Source of the DNA: Podarcis filfolensis
Lineage: Eukaryota
Reading direction: 5' to 3' (one strand)
Length of the DNA stretch: 64,000 nt
NCBI GenBank assembly: GCA_964270895.1
Contig: OZ185441.1
Under the pieces are notes generated by a model. That model had not been told where the DNA came from, did not search any database, and was given only the letters and a program-made list of their open reading frames with translations. Positions 23,740 to 37,058 of the stretch are shown piece by piece (within the stretch, counting starts at the first letter, position 1; each line of letters starts with the position of its first letter). Both the position numbers and the translations under genes were made by a program.

Positions 23740-25747
23740 TAATGCTTTTTGAGCTACTAATACAAGAGAAGGTCAGATGATTTTCAACCTGCCTGCTGTA
23801 ATTCTCTGAACCATCTAAATATCTGTTTACAGATTTGTCGGAGCCTCCAGAACAGCATGGGGAAAAGTGGTGGAGGTGAAAATCAAAGAAAATCACATCA
23901 CTCCCCTTTTTTACATAAGCAGATACCTCCACTAGAGAAGCAGCTATTTTATGAACAGAACGGAATGCTGGATTTCACTCTTTCCCTGGAGCTGAAAGAG
24001 CAGTGTCAGATGAACCAGCTGACAAGTGGGGTGCCACCACTAAGAAGACCCTCTCTTTGAAGAGAAGAGCCTCTCCTATAAACTATGGGGTTTGAAGGTG
24101 TAGGGTGTTAATTTAGAACATTTGCTTTGAAATTAAAGATAAAATAAGCAAAATGATTGTTTATATAGAAACTGCTTGCTCAGCATTCTGCCGGTGGAGC
24201 TGAACACATGATGGACTCCTAGGCAGAATGGTCTTAAGTAGTGGGAGGTTAGAATGACTTTCTCATTAGGGCTGCTGATTAAGAGAAAAAAACGACCCAG
24301 AAAGCAGGACCTTACATGAGTTCTTTTACTTTTAAAAGAGTTAATTGTACTATGCTAGTAGCTACAGACCTCAAAGAAATAAGGCCTCTCATCAAATCTG
24401 CTTTAAATAACAAGGTTCCCCCACCTCCTTCATTTATTCAGCAGTCTCAACTAGTATGGCCCTGGGTGATCCTCAATTTCAACTTTTTTTTTGGGGGGGG
24501 AGAAAGAACCTAGATTTCAGAGGTGCAAATATCCCCCCCCCCCACCACTGAGAATCACTTAAGGGTTGTAGGTCAGAGCAGATGCATTGAAACTAATGGG
24601 CAGGATTAATTTAGGTCCATTAATTCTGGTCTACTTTGAGTAGAACTTAGTTGGAGATCATCCAAGCTATGCACCCAAACCCAGCTTTTTCTTTTCCCTG
24701 GACTAGTCACATGGGTGATCCCACCCAATTACAAGAATGCAGTGAATAAGTAGGATGGCATCACAGTCCCGACCATATTGGGTTTATGTGATGATGTGTC
24801 ACTGAACACAAGTAGGAACAGAGCAAATATTTCCACCAGGAGTGCTGAAAAAGTTCTTTTTTCCCTTCCAAGTAGATAAATAAAGGAGAAGGCATTTTTG
24901 TGGGCTTGGAAAAATGTTTGTGACACATTTGTCAAACACAAGTTGAGCACAGCTCGAATCTTGATATCAGCTTGTTGTTTATGACATCTCTCTTCCAGCC
25001 AAGACTGCGATTCATATTTCTTTTTATTGATCAAGAATAGTCTCATTTATTAAGCTGTGTTGTGAGGTAGCCATCGGATACCTCTGTATCCTATGAGCCT
25101 GCTAAATTGCCAAAGCACCTATAGATGGCAGCATTTCACAAAGAACTCTCTCCCTCTCCCTCCCCCCCCCCTCCACCCAACCTCCAAAGAGAAAACAGTT
25201 CTGTAATCTGTTGACAGGATTAAGAATTCCTGTTGTTTTACAGGAAGTAAATAAATCCTCATGGTCTTTTGGAAACCTCATAAGTATATGAGAATGGTTA
25301 AAAATTGTTTATACTATGGTAAAAGTATCAAATGGATATTTACAGCATTTAAACCATTACCTCAGATTGATGTGGATTGGTCTGAAAGGGCAGACTGTTT
25401 GCATTATCCCGTTTAGCAACATCTGTCAAACTCTTGTGTGATGGCTATAATCGTCAGGGGTTTGGGCTTTTCAGTTTGCATGGGGTCTATTTCGCTCATA
25501 AGGAGTAAGCCAGAGGAGGTTATTATCTTTGGCCTTAAATGCAGCGTGCAGATTCTGGAGAATAAAAGAGAAGCAATGTATTGTCTTTAAATACATCTAA
25601 TGGTAGCAACTGTGGTGTTTCTTGAGTGTGCACAGAGTGCCTTCCCTTGCTAAGATAAGTTAACAGCTGTTCCCTCACATCTAGGAATAGGGAGCAAGGC
25701 TTTCTCATCAGAGGACTCGATCCAAGCACCTTTCATTTTAAGAATTA

Positions 25748-25905
25748 CCGTATTTTTCCATGTTTATTTTTTCCTAAATTTTTGAAGTTTAAAATAAGAG
25801 GTCATCTTATACACAGATAGCACATGGTGCATTTTCTTAATTTTGAGTCCCCAAAAATAGCAGGTGTCTTATACACGGGGGCGTCTTATACACGGAAAAA
25901 TACGG
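25748..25905. mobile_element. Tc1/mariner (Tc2-like) MITE
   Basis: TA|CCGTATTTTTCC ... GGAAAAATACGG|TA; internal repeated gtcttatacac. Confidence 0.85.
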
Positions 25906-26859
25906 TAAGCGGTGTACACAAGCTTTTGAGTCACATGGAATTCCTCATCGGGAGGAATGGGAAGGTGGAAATTCTCATCGATGAGAGGCAACAAACATGC
26001 CAGCATTTTTAAAAATGCATATTATAATGTAGTAAGACCTGAAAACGAAAGGTTTACTGTAAATTCAATTTAATGCATAAAATTCAGTATCCCATACCTC
26101 TCCTTAAAAAAAGAGAGAGATCCCCATTGCGCCCTTAACGCCCACAGTGCTGCAGGGATAGTAGCAGAAATAGGTGAGAGAAAGAATTATACCTTCTCTG
26201 CATCTCTTCAAGCTCTCTGGTTCCCAGTTTGCACATTTCTTCCTCTGTCCTCTGTTCTTCCTACCTGCTGTTTCCTCAAGGTGATGTACATCACCAGCAA
26301 TGGCTGGGACTAATTGGACAGAATGCAGTTACTCCCAACAACAGGTACAGCCAGAGCCAAGGACAGCCAGAGCCAATTAATTCTACTTTTGCTACCATAT
26401 TCCTCCCTGCTGAGTTCTACAAGGGCCACACTGAGACAAAGGAGGAGTTGGTGGCACAGTGTCCCATTCACTCTCAACAGACAAGCTTCTGCCATATATT
26501 GGTCAGCTGCTTGCTCTGCCCCATTGCCTTGGCCACCTTGTCTCTGGGCTCACTGCTTCTTAAAATTCCTCTTAAAATTCCCTATCTTCTGGGGCCCTCT
26601 CTGATTGGGATTCACCGAACCAGCCCCGTCAGTGGAAGCCGCATGCAAGGACTTCTGCTTGCACAATGGGGTTTCCTCCTCCTTTCCTTCAACCATGTAC
26701 CCCAAAATTGATGGGTAGGGGAGTCAGGAGAACCTCCCCAGAACAGGAGAGCAGGAGGTACTGTTTTATCTTGCAAGCTGGAATGCTTGTGCAGACAGAA
26801 TGATTGGGAGAATGCAACACTGAATCCCACCCTATATGACTGAGGACTCAGCTACATTA

Positions 26860-27089
26860 CAGTGGAACCTTGGTTCTCAAATGCCTTGAAACTCGAACAT
26901 TTTGGCTCCCAAATGCCAAAAACCCAGAAGTGTGTGTTCCAGTTTTCAAACGTTCTTCGGAAGCTGAACGTCCGATGCAGTTGTCGGCTATTGTTTCCAG
27001 GGCACCTGCGCCAATTGGAAGCCACGCCTTGGTTTTGGAAGTTGAATGGAATTCTGGAATGGATTTTGTTCGAGAACCAAGGTCCAGTA
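26860..27089. mobile_element. Tigger-like MITE
   Basis: TA|CAGTGGAACCTTGGTTCTC ... GAGAACCAAGGTCC; right end eroded. Confidence 0.75.
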
Positions 27090-27592
27090 TTCTTCAAAAA
27101 TAGAGCTTTGAATGCGTTATAAACATGCAACTCCAGACGGTGCTGGAGAGCAAAAAATAAATAAATTATTTGCCATTTTAGAGAGTGTTTTTCATCTTTT
27201 GTTATAATGAATTAATTTCTGACTTATTTATAGCGGGGTTTTCCTCTGTGTAGATCCACCCCAACTGTCCTGCTTCACAGAAGATGGATGGTGAACCCTC
27301 TGAGCATCACAGCAGCTCAGCCAATCAGTATCAGAACCCTTAAATATAGATGGAGTGATGTATGGATATAAGGACTTTGCTGCCGGAACCAGTGTCCTTT
27401 CATATTAAACTGAAGTGGATGCTGAGCATATTTACTCAGAACTAAGTTGACTTCTGAAGAATCATGGTTGGCCCCTACCCCAGGCAGGCTTCTGTAGCAG
27501 CAGGACTCAAGGATCCACCTTTGCATTAGATCCATGCAACAGGACTTCCCATCTTATGTTTTCCCCATGTTATGAAGGATAATCCCTGAAAA

Positions 27593-27796
27593 CAGCGCCA
27601 GCCCAGGACATTTTGGTACCTGAGGCGAACCACAAAATATCTGCCTTTCTCCCTCCCTCCCAGGAAGAAGGGAGGAAGTGAAGACTGACATCTGGAATGA
27701 AGGGAGAATAAAGATCTACGTCAAGATCTGCTGCCCCTGTGGATCCTGCTGCCTAAGGCTGCAGCCTCACCTTGCTTCATCAGTGAGCCAGTCCTG
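27593..27796. mobile_element. hAT (Tip100-like) MITE
   Basis: Degenerate CAGGGCCGGC-type TIRs; 8-bp TSD cctgaaaa/tctgaaaa. Confidence 0.75.
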
Positions 27797-28900
27797 TCTG
27801 AAAAATATATAAAGGGTGCCCACATCAGCAAAACCTTGGGGAGGTGACACATGGGAACAGAATCACCCCTGCAGAGATTTCCAAAGTATTTGGATTATTT
27901 GGCAAAGTTTAAAAAAAGACTCCAAGCTCACACAATCTTCCCGTTACATGTTTAATTGAAAAGCCGTGCATTTTGCTTCCAATATTTTGTTCTATGAACA
28001 ATTAAGCAAGTTCCAAACACTAAAACACTATTAATATGGCTGAAGCTGTATTTATGGCATTTATCTCGTGTGTGTGTGTGTGTGTGTGCTGAGCCTTGCT
28101 CAGTGTGATTAGAAAAGTAAGCAAAGGCATCTTGCCTAATTTTTTTTCTCAGTGGGAGAGCAGAAGGCTTCCATTGGAATGCTGTTCCTAGCGGGTGGAA
28201 TAACTAATATTCTTACATACAAATTTCCCCCTCAGTTATTCCATATTTGAAAGACTATTATGATTAGGTAGCCTGAGAACCTATTTAATTTTCCAGTAGT
28301 AGCTCTTTTTAAGTCTGGCACTCATTCCCCTCTCCCCGCACAAAGTAACTTTTACAGTTTTTAAGAGGCATAAACTCCTGGGAATTAATTTAGTTGTGTA
28401 TCAGAGATCTTGTTCTGCAACCTGTAAAAATTACGCTTCATTTACTCAGAAGAAAGCCCTGTTGTGTTGAATGGAGCTTGTTCCCAGCTTGTGCGTACAG
28501 AACCTATAGCCTTATTTATGTACTGCTAGTCACTATGAGGCAATAAGCTCTGCACTGAAAAGTCACACCCTGACCACCAGAAATTCCTTCCTCCACCTCA
28601 GTTTTTTTCTATTGATAATGTACGTTCTCAGCCATAAGGACTAGATACTTAGTTATAATTGAATATCTTATGGAGTACCAGTTGTGCGATCCTAGGGCTG
28701 CCAAATGTCCAGGAACTGGGCAGGAAAATGGCATCTGTGCAGATTTTCGGCAAATTGGCAAAATGTCCAGGGAAACCCAGCAAGGGGTGTGTGTTGATAT
28801 TTTTTTAAAACAAACAAACAACAATTTTAAAATTCAAAAAGCCAGCCAGAAACTTAGATTGGCTATGAAGTAGTGTATAAATATAAAAAAATATGGACTA

Positions 28901-29126
28901 CAGTGGTACCTCAGGTTACATACGCTTCAGGTTACAGACTCCGCTAACCCAGAAATAGTGCTTTAGGTTAAGAACTTTGCTTCAGGATGAGAATAGAAAT
29001 CGTGTGACGGTGACGTATTGGCAGCTGGAGGCCCCATTAGCTAAAGTGGTACTTCAGGTTAAGAACAGTTTCAGGTTAAGAACAGACCTCCAGAATGAAT
29101 TAAGTACTTAACCCAAAGTACCACTG
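28901..29126 (+). mobile_element. Tigger-like MITE, family C
   Basis: TA TSD and TIRs; 226 bp; close match to 23514. Confidence 0.9.
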
Positions 29127-29139
29127 TATATCATCTAAA

Positions 29140-29540
29140 CAGGGACACTAGTGCAATGGCTCTCCTTTTCCCATGCAACTTCTTTGCACTCCTAAATCTG
29201 TTCTGGGGTCTCCTCCAGCACCCCAGAGCAGATTTAGAGGGCACAGTGGCATACCAGTCAACATTCCCCAGACAAAAATCAGGATCCGAGAGCACGACAC
29301 TAAAATACATGTGTCTTTTGGTTCTGTACTCTCTCGCAAGCCTGCGGACTCGCACGACACCAAAATATGTGCATCTTTGGTTGCCGCGCTCTCGCCCAAG
29401 CCAGTGGCACCACTGCAAATATCAGCACCAGCTGCAAGCGCCGGCTCATCCCTGCGATATTGCAGGCTCAAACCAGAAGCTGGGAGAGCTTCTGTAATTC
29501 CAGGAATGTCCCATTAAAAGAGGGACTGTTGGAGTGTGTA
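29140..29540 (-). mobile_element. Decayed hAT-like element with internal 60-bp tandem duplication
   Basis: Right part caaaccagaag...ggaatgtccc...agggactgttggag is the reverse complement of the 42864 element's start; repeat units start at 29292 and 29352. Confidence 0.45.
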
Positions 29541-31429
29541 CTGGGGGAGAAGAGGGTAGCGAAGTTACACTGCACAGCTAAATGTTGTTGTGCTGGCATG
29601 ACTGTTAGAGCTGAATACCATCTCAAAAAATTGAGAAACATTACAGCAGGGTTTCTGAGCTGGCACAGAATGGATGCACAACCACACTATTTTCCTCTGC
29701 TGGTGGTGATGTGTGTGGTGTGGACACCACTTTGACTCCTCTCCAAGGCAAGCATAAGCAGACCTGGAAAGTCCAGAGGAACTGTTTGGAAGATGCCATC
29801 ACTGAAGATGCCTGTGTACAAGCTCGGTGGTAACTATAGGAATGAGGCTAGGTGACGAGATCATAAATCTCAGAGGTTGGGGACCTGAGCACACGTTGAC
29901 CAAGTCCACAGAATGCATTGCAGGTGATAAACGGCATGAGGATCCATGGGGGAGAGGAACCTCTTGCGAACAGTCTTAGCAAAGAACAAAACAACAGCAA
30001 CACGGTGCAGGTTTCTATGGATTACACAGTGAAGATTGGTGTAATAGTCATTCTGGCTCCACTGAGAACCCCAAGAAGCCTAACAGAGAATGATCAACAC
30101 TCTCATGAAACTAGAATTCCCAGAGTTCTTTGAGGGAGGAAGCCATTCCAGTTAAGTTGATGTCGATAGTTTGTCGTGTGACACATCCACTGGAAACTCA
30201 TGCCCTATAGCATCTTGGGATTTTCCTATTTTAAAAATATCATATTATCCTGCCTATGTTTCAGAGCCTGGTTGTAATATTATGGACAAGAGAAACCCAA
30301 CCCAGTCTTAGGAACTTAACCATCACTGGGCTACGTATTGCACAAAAATTGTAGAAATGATATTAACAGTTAACAGAATCTGTCAACGAGTAGCAGGCAA
30401 GTAGAACTGAAAGGGAATAAAAAGGATATTTTCATGACTGAAGATTAAATGTTAGTGATGTCACCATTTTGGTTTTATCTTGATTTTTCTTTAAAAACAA
30501 CAACAACAAGAACAGGATTTACTGATTACCAATATTTGCTTTGAAAATTAGAAGCTGAGCAGAAGTATATGTGAAGCAGAAATTCTTGCTGACGTGCTAA
30601 GATTTTTATCAGTCAAGGTATTAGGTCCTTATTCTTTTAAATTGGGCCTTACAGGTCTGTAATAGTGGGGAAAACTTTTGACGGTTCAGCTTGCTTTTTA
30701 GATAGGACGGTGCTTTGATCACACATTTGACAATGAAGGTGGGGTTGGGGAGGTAAGGCTGAGTTGCTGACATAAGCAAGCTGGTTTTCCTCATGTCTCT
30801 AAGTGAAAGCTTATGATCATATTCTTAGATGCTTTTTGTCTGTCTCTATCTTTCCTTTTCATCTAATGGTGCCTTTAAAAAAAAGTTGGCATATGACTGA
30901 AATCATAAAAATGAATTTCTTTATTTTATTAGGGAACAAGGCTGCTGTTTCAGATGACTTTTTTCCCCTGGTTATGACAAAATTGTCAAAAGGGATTTAA
31001 CTTCCTTTCTTTCCAGATCACATGGCCGATGTAAAAACACCAGTGCCCAGCAAAGGAATGCCTCTGACTGTTATTAAAGACAGATCTGATCCTTACGAAA
31101 ACCCTGTGCTATTTTTGAGATAAGTAAACGGCACGGAAATAAACAATGTGACATTTTATTTCTACACTCTGCCCAAGACGCAAACCACATACTGCTTTGG
31201 AAATATGAAACATGACAAATCACTGTTTTGTTTTGTTTTCAAACTTCAAACCAGAGAAATTGTACACTTCCTTGTGAATTATACCACTGCGTTTTCATAG
31301 GTAAGTTGCAGTTCTTTCTCTGCTCAGAACTTTGCCAGACTCTGTGCATGAACGTGTCACCGAAAACAAAACAATAATGCACATTCTTCTCTTACTTCTC
31401 TTTTTTTAAAAAGTTACTACTTAAAATAA

Positions 31430-31791
31430 GGCTGGGACACGGGTGGCGCTGTGGTCTAAACCACTGAGCCTCTTGGGCTTGCCGATCAGAAGGTCGGCAG
31501 TTCGAATCCCCACGATGGGGTGAGCTTCCATTGTTCGGTCCCAGCTCCTGCCAACCTAGCAGTTCGAAAGCATGTCAAAGTGCAAGTAGATAAATAGGTA
31601 CTGCTCCAGCGGGAAGGTAAACAGTGTTTCCGTGCGCTGCTCTGGTTCACCAGAAGTGGCTTAGTCATGCTGGCCACATGACCCGGAAGCTGTATACCAG
31701 CTCCCTCAGCCAATAAAGCGAGATGAGCGCTGCAACTCCAGAGTCGTCCGTGACTGGACCTAACGGTCAGGTGTCCCTTTACCTTTACCTT
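31430..31791 (+). mobile_element. Sauria SINE, full length
   Basis: 12-bp TSD tacttaaaataa (31418 and 31792). Confidence 0.95.
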
Positions 31792-32011
31792 TACTTAAAA
31801 TAAATATTGGCTTTTAGGAAATAAATCTTTAATATTGACTCATCAAATGAGTAAGCTAAAGTATCACTAAGTAACACTTAGGGCAGATCTGCAATGCCTG
31901 CAGCATCATATGTTAACTTGCTCACACCAATGAGCCATCATAGAGCCAACATCACATATCTTCCCATGTCACATCAGATGCCATATTTTGCAATGGAGTC
32001 CATTCACATAT

Positions 32012-32209
32012 TGAGCCTTGTATAGAGAAGTGTTTTTTTAAAAAAAAATGTTTAATGTTTTATTGTGTTTTTATATATGTTGGAAGCCATCCAGGGTGGG
32101 TGGGGCAACCCAGTCAGATGGGCAGGGTATAACTAATAAAATTATTGTTATTATTTTTATTATGGAATAGGATATCCCTGTTTTCACTGGAGAAATGTTG
32201 GTGGATATG
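32012..32209 (+). mobile_element. Partial copy of the L2-tail/hAT chimeric element
   Basis: L2 3' UTR followed directly by tatggaataggatatccctgttttcactggagaaatgttgg, as at 43030-43192. Confidence 0.7.
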
Positions 32210-32792
32210 TGATTGCACTGGTCCCTCCCAACAGCTGTCAGCTAAAGTGCATGAGGAATGATGGTAGGAGCTTTCGGAATTGCAGTTCTTGAGTGAGCAT
32301 GTCACATAAAGTGGCAGGCACACTCCTCTCTGTCATCAAGCTATGAGTCCAAGTGTTTTCTGTACAACCAACTTCTTTCTTTTGTTTTCATTTTTAGAAG
32401 ACAGCCTGGCCCAGCAGCTCACAGTCCAGAATGTTACATATTCCATTCCAACACTCCTTCCGATTGACTCTTGGGAATCTCACAAACCATTACAACACCT
32501 GGACATCCCATGGAGGTCCAGAGAAAAAAGTTTGCAGAAACATCTTCACGCATGATCCCCAAGCATACATCCTGTCCCTGCCTCTGGTAATGGGTCTTGA
32601 CTGTGATCCAGTCTCCTCTGGACCTAGGGGAAGTATCCACTTCCCCCAGGCTTCGGCCCCAGGGCCAGCTCAACCGTGCAGCAACCCAGGTGGCTCCCTT
32701 AGGAGTGCCATTTTTTCTGAGGACCCATAAAGTAGCATGCAGTCATAGAACTGTGGCTGAGGTGTCCTCAGATTCTTTGCAAAATGCCCACA

Positions 32793-33028
32793 GAAGAAGA
32801 AGAGTTTGGAATGATATCCCACTTTATCACTACCCTAAGTAGTCACAATCTTCTTTCCCTTCCTCCCCCACAACAAACACTCTGTGAGGTGAGTGGGGCT
32901 GAGAGACTTCAGAGAAGTGTGACTAGCCCAAGGTCACCCAGCAGCTGCATGTGGAGGACAGGGGAATCGAACCCAGTTCACCAGATTACGAGTCTACCAC
33001 TCTTAACCACTACACCACACTGGCTCTC
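32793..33028 (-). mobile_element. tRNA/CORE-type SINE (Squam2-like)
   Basis: Reverse complement of 15867-16098, with a (GAA)n tail. Confidence 0.82.
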
Positions 33029-33609
33029 ACCTCTCTAATCGCGCGTATCTGCCTGTGATTCCTCAGCATCTTCTGTAGTTCTCCAAGTGGTCCTGGGTTT
33101 TGCCTCTCAGAGGTGATTACCAACATTAGGGGCAGGAAAATGTCTTGGGCCTGCCCCACACTTACCAGAGGCGCTAGCTTGCAAAGGCCAACGTCGCACA
33201 CATGACATCATGCATGACATCAATGTCCCGACGTTGGGAGGAGCCTGGGACAGAGCCGAATGCAGCAGCTGTGTAGCTTCAATGGCGGGTGGCTCCTCCT
33301 TCGCCTCCTCCTGGGGCCATCACCAGTGAGGCTGCTTCAACTCTCCCTCGAGGGCAGGAGGAAAAGGAAAAGGAGTCAGCCATGGGAGCCATGCCATGCT
33401 TGGCTCCATGCTTTGCCTCCATGTTTTTTGGATGGGGGGGCAGCCCCTACCCCAAAAAGTGGGTGGCCAAAAGGGGCTTGGCCCCCAGGAACTGACGCCC
33501 CTGAGACCTACTATTGCCAGATGCAAATCCTTCCCATTTCAGCTTCCATTGCTTACCCTCCAGTCTGGTTGCAGCCTATTTTGCATTTCCTCACTTGGAT
33601 AACCTTCTA

Positions 33610-33851
33610 CAGTGGTACCTCGGGTTACATATGCTTCAGGTTACATACGCTTCAGGTTACAGACTCCACTAACCCAGAAATAGTACCTCGGGTTAAGAAC
33701 TTTGCTTCAGGATGAGAACAGAAATCATGCTCTGGCGGGGCTGCGGCAGCGGGAGGCCCCAATAGCTAAAGCGGTGCTTCAGGTTAAGAACAGTTTCAGG
33801 TTAAGAACAGACCTCCGGAATGAATTAAGTACTTAACTCGAGGTACCACTG
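33610..33851 (+). mobile_element. Tigger-like MITE, family C (242 bp, extra 16-bp unit)
   Basis: TA TSD and TIRs; ggttacatatgcttca-ggttacatacgcttca duplication. Confidence 0.9.
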
Positions 33852-34211
33852 TACATGCTTTATTTTCTTGCAGCCAGCAGACTCCATGGATTTCCGGCTC
33901 CTTTCCCTGACCTTCCCTTATCTCATTCACCTGAGCAGCTTTCAACAGCATAAACATATTCTTTTGTGTGGGCATGCAAAGAGGAGCCTGAATCGATGCC
34001 ACCCACCCACACTCGACTCCCTGAGATATGAGAAAGATCTGAAATACAGCCTTGGGTGACATAAATTTTAGATACGGGAGTGGCTCCAATTCCACAGGCC
34101 CATCGGCAACAGATGCTGCTATGAGTTGAAGTTCTGCCCAAGTATGAAGCTCCATGTATTTTTGCATTGAAAGGGAGCCCTGTTTCATAGGGCGGAACCT
34201 CTGCTCATGAT

Positions 34212-34289
34212 CATAGCTGTCAACATTTCCCTTATTCCCTTATTCCGAATAGGATTCCTCGCAAGAAAAGGGAAAAGTTGACAGCTATG
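34212..34289. mobile_element. 78-bp hAT MITE
   Basis: Perfect TIR CATAGCTGTCAAC/GTTGACAGCTATG; 8-bp TSD ctcatgat/ctcctgat. Confidence 0.9.
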
Positions 34290-35724
34290 CTCCTGATGGT
34301 GGTGGCAGACTCTTCTTTGTCGTTTTGAAAATTGACATTTTTACTAGCAGAGGAAACACATTCAAGATTTTTGTAGTATGTTTTTTTGGAAGGGAAGTAG
34401 GATACACACACAGAAAATGATGCCTTTCATTTTCATGATGAAATTCTGGATAGATTGCCACCTGCCAGCATATTATACGTCGCTGTTAAATTATTTTTCA
34501 TCTCTGCAGCAATGGCTGATTAGCTTTGCAAAAACAAAAACTGTACGTGTAGCACAGTTTCATTCAGCATTTATAATCCCTTTCCAACCCCCTCCTCACG
34601 TTTGCCATCTTTCGCTTTAACGGGGAATTCAAAAACAAGACACACTGTAAGCTATTTGTGCAAACGAATAATTATGATTGTCACAGATTTCCAAGTCTAA
34701 TTAGATATAATAATGTGGGGCTGGGGAGCTTTGTTTACATGTTGCAAAACATGGAAATGTGTGCTCTTTGCCGGGAATTTCTTAACTCATCAATAATAGT
34801 TTTGCATGTACCTTTTTTTTAAAAAAAGCTTTTTTAAAAAAATCAGAATTTATTTTTACAGCTTAATTAGCTGTAAATAAATAAAGATGCTATAAATACC
34901 AAGCTTGTAGCAAAATTAGAGGCACATTAAAGATAACGCACTTTGGGGACTTGCAGATCAGTTAGCAAGTCGCTGGAAATTGCAGGGGGAACTGGCAGCT
35001 GCTTTGAGTCAGCATAGCAACCCAAAATGCTGTAGGTACAGCAATGTGTGCGCTGATCATTTAAAGGCTCACTTTACCTTATTTACATTTTCAGCCCCTT
35101 TGGGATTTAAATAGCCCTGCTCTGATTCAGGAAGAAGAAGGAAAACATGCTGTACTAAACCTCTCCTGGCAGTAGAGGAATTTTGCTAGGTTTCATTGAA
35201 TGTAAAGGAATGACGACTTGTTTACTTATTATGTTTCTTACTTTATGCCCTGGTGATTTTTCTCCTCCGCTTAAGTTTTGGAGACTTAATGTCATTTGTT
35301 GTCGTTCAACATGGCAAAGGACAGACAACAAATTTCTGGAGCTCAATTCCCCCTGCTTTCTTATCCTCTGGGAACAATATTTATCACGGTCATCTCGACA
35401 GAGAGGAGCACTGGAAAACCACTCTAGTCCTTTCCTTGAAGGACACTGAGTTCAGAGTTTTCCCAGCTCACATGTGCGCTAAGAAATTTGAGGCATATCG
35501 TATGAACTTTGGGAAATCACACACTTGTCCAAGGTTTTGCTAGAAATTTTAGGCAAGCTCACCTGCTAGGCTTTGAATTTCAAAGCCCTCGTGGCTAACT
35601 CACCTCACAGAGAAGTTCATATCGGGGCTCAGTAATAGAGCACATATGTTGTGGCTCAGCTGCAATCCCTGGCACCTCTCGCTAATTTTTTTATTCCATT
35701 CATTTACAAATTTATTATCTACAC

Positions 35725-35860
35725 CACAGTTTCCCAAACTGGGGTCTCCAGCTGTTTTTGGACTATAGCTCTCATCATCCCTCACTAGCAAAACCAGTGG
35801 TCAGGGATGATGGGATTTGTAGTTCAAAAACAGCTAGAGACCCACGTTTGGGAAACACTG
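35725..35860. mobile_element. 136-bp palindromic hAT MITE, family B variant
   Basis: CAGTGTTTCCC-type TIR; TSD atctacac/atctatac. Confidence 0.88.
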
Positions 35861-35999
35861 ATCTATACTTTTATATATATAAAATAAGCAAGCAGAGTAC
35901 AAGATATAAAGATAAAATCAACAAAGAAAACCCCCAAAAGCATCATAAAACATTATGTTAAACCAATCAGGCTGCAGTTGGATGTGGGTGGCTAGTGGT

Positions 36000-36370
36000 G
36001 GGGCAGAAATTAGATTCAGTTCACATTTAAAGAGGGACCTGCCAAATTTGCATTTTTTGAATCAATATGCATACTGAAATACAGGCACCCTTCAAAATTT
36101 GCACTTCTCCAAATTTTGTGGTGCTGTTCTCCGAGCAAATTATGTTGAGAAAAAATGCATATCTTTTGGGGAAACAAGCATTAAAAACAAACGTAGTGAA
36201 AATAACACACCTACAAAAACGTATGAGGAAATGACTTGCAAAAAAATATGTACCTTACTCAGAAAGGCATGCAAAAATGTGCTTTTAATCACACGCACAC
36301 CCAAATGGCGGCAGAAGTGCGGAGAACTGAATTTCAAATTGTGAAACCGAGAAAACAAGAGAACTGAGAT
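36000..36370 (-). mobile_element. MITE family A copy, inverted
   Basis: Reverse complement of the 468-856 interior (aaaatttgcacttctcc, aaaaatgcat, gaagtgcggagaactgaattt); boundaries approximate. Confidence 0.55.
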
Positions 36371-36808
36371 CTCAGACACAGGGTTGACCCCAAGATTGGC
36401 GAGGCCGGCACTTGTCGCACATCTGTGACATCACACGTGTTGTGTGATTTCACACACATCTTCCAGTGCCATGCAGGCCAGACCGGCGTGGTCTAGTGGA
36501 AGGCTGCAACAGTCTGCGTGGTGTCTGGAGTTGCTGTGCAGGTTGTGTGCACAGGAGGGCGCAGCCTTCCGTTGATGCTGTGGTGAGCTTGGCTTGGTGT
36601 TCGGGCCTCCTCTGCCCTCTCAATATTCAGAGTGCTGAGACTCCTGCTAAGCAAGTGTGGAATTGCCACACTTGACTGAGATGGACAGATCAGAGCATTC
36701 CTAATCAGAAGTAGATCATGCTATGGGCAGGCTATCCAAAGAACCATGGAGCAGCAGGTTTCTAAACATTCATATGCCCAGAACTTTGCTCAGCAACTAA
36801 ATGATGTA

Positions 36809-37058
36809 CAGTGGACGCTCGGGTTGCGAACGTGATCCGTGTGGGATGCACGTTCGCAACCCGCAGCATTCACAACCTGCATCTGCGCATCTGCACACGC
36901 GCAGGTAGTGATTCGGCGCTTCTGCACATGCACAAAGCGCGATTTAGCACTTCTGTGCATGCACGACCACCCAAACCTGGAAGTAACCCGTTCTGGTACT
37001 TCCGGGTTTTGGCAGTCCGCACCCAAAAAAACGCAGCCTGTAACCTGAGGTATGACTG
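36809..37058. mobile_element. Tigger-like MITE
   Basis: TA|CAGTGGACGCTCGGGTT ... AACCTGAGGTATGACTG|TA. Confidence 0.8.

Noticed and set aside
26229-26711. 160-aa ORF with a good acceptor at 26280
   Set aside because: Non-ATG start, no recognisable domain, weak donor, no partner exons.
29131-29735. Cluster of overlapping 95-122 aa ORFs; repeats that might suggest CRISPR
   Set aside because: GC-rich TE interior with only two diverged 60-bp units; no spacers or cas genes; eukaryotic DNA.
31017-31123. Strong acceptor followed by MADVKTPVPSKGMPLTVIKDRSDPYENPVLFLR*
   Set aside because: Only 33 codons, no homology recognised, no supporting upstream exon.
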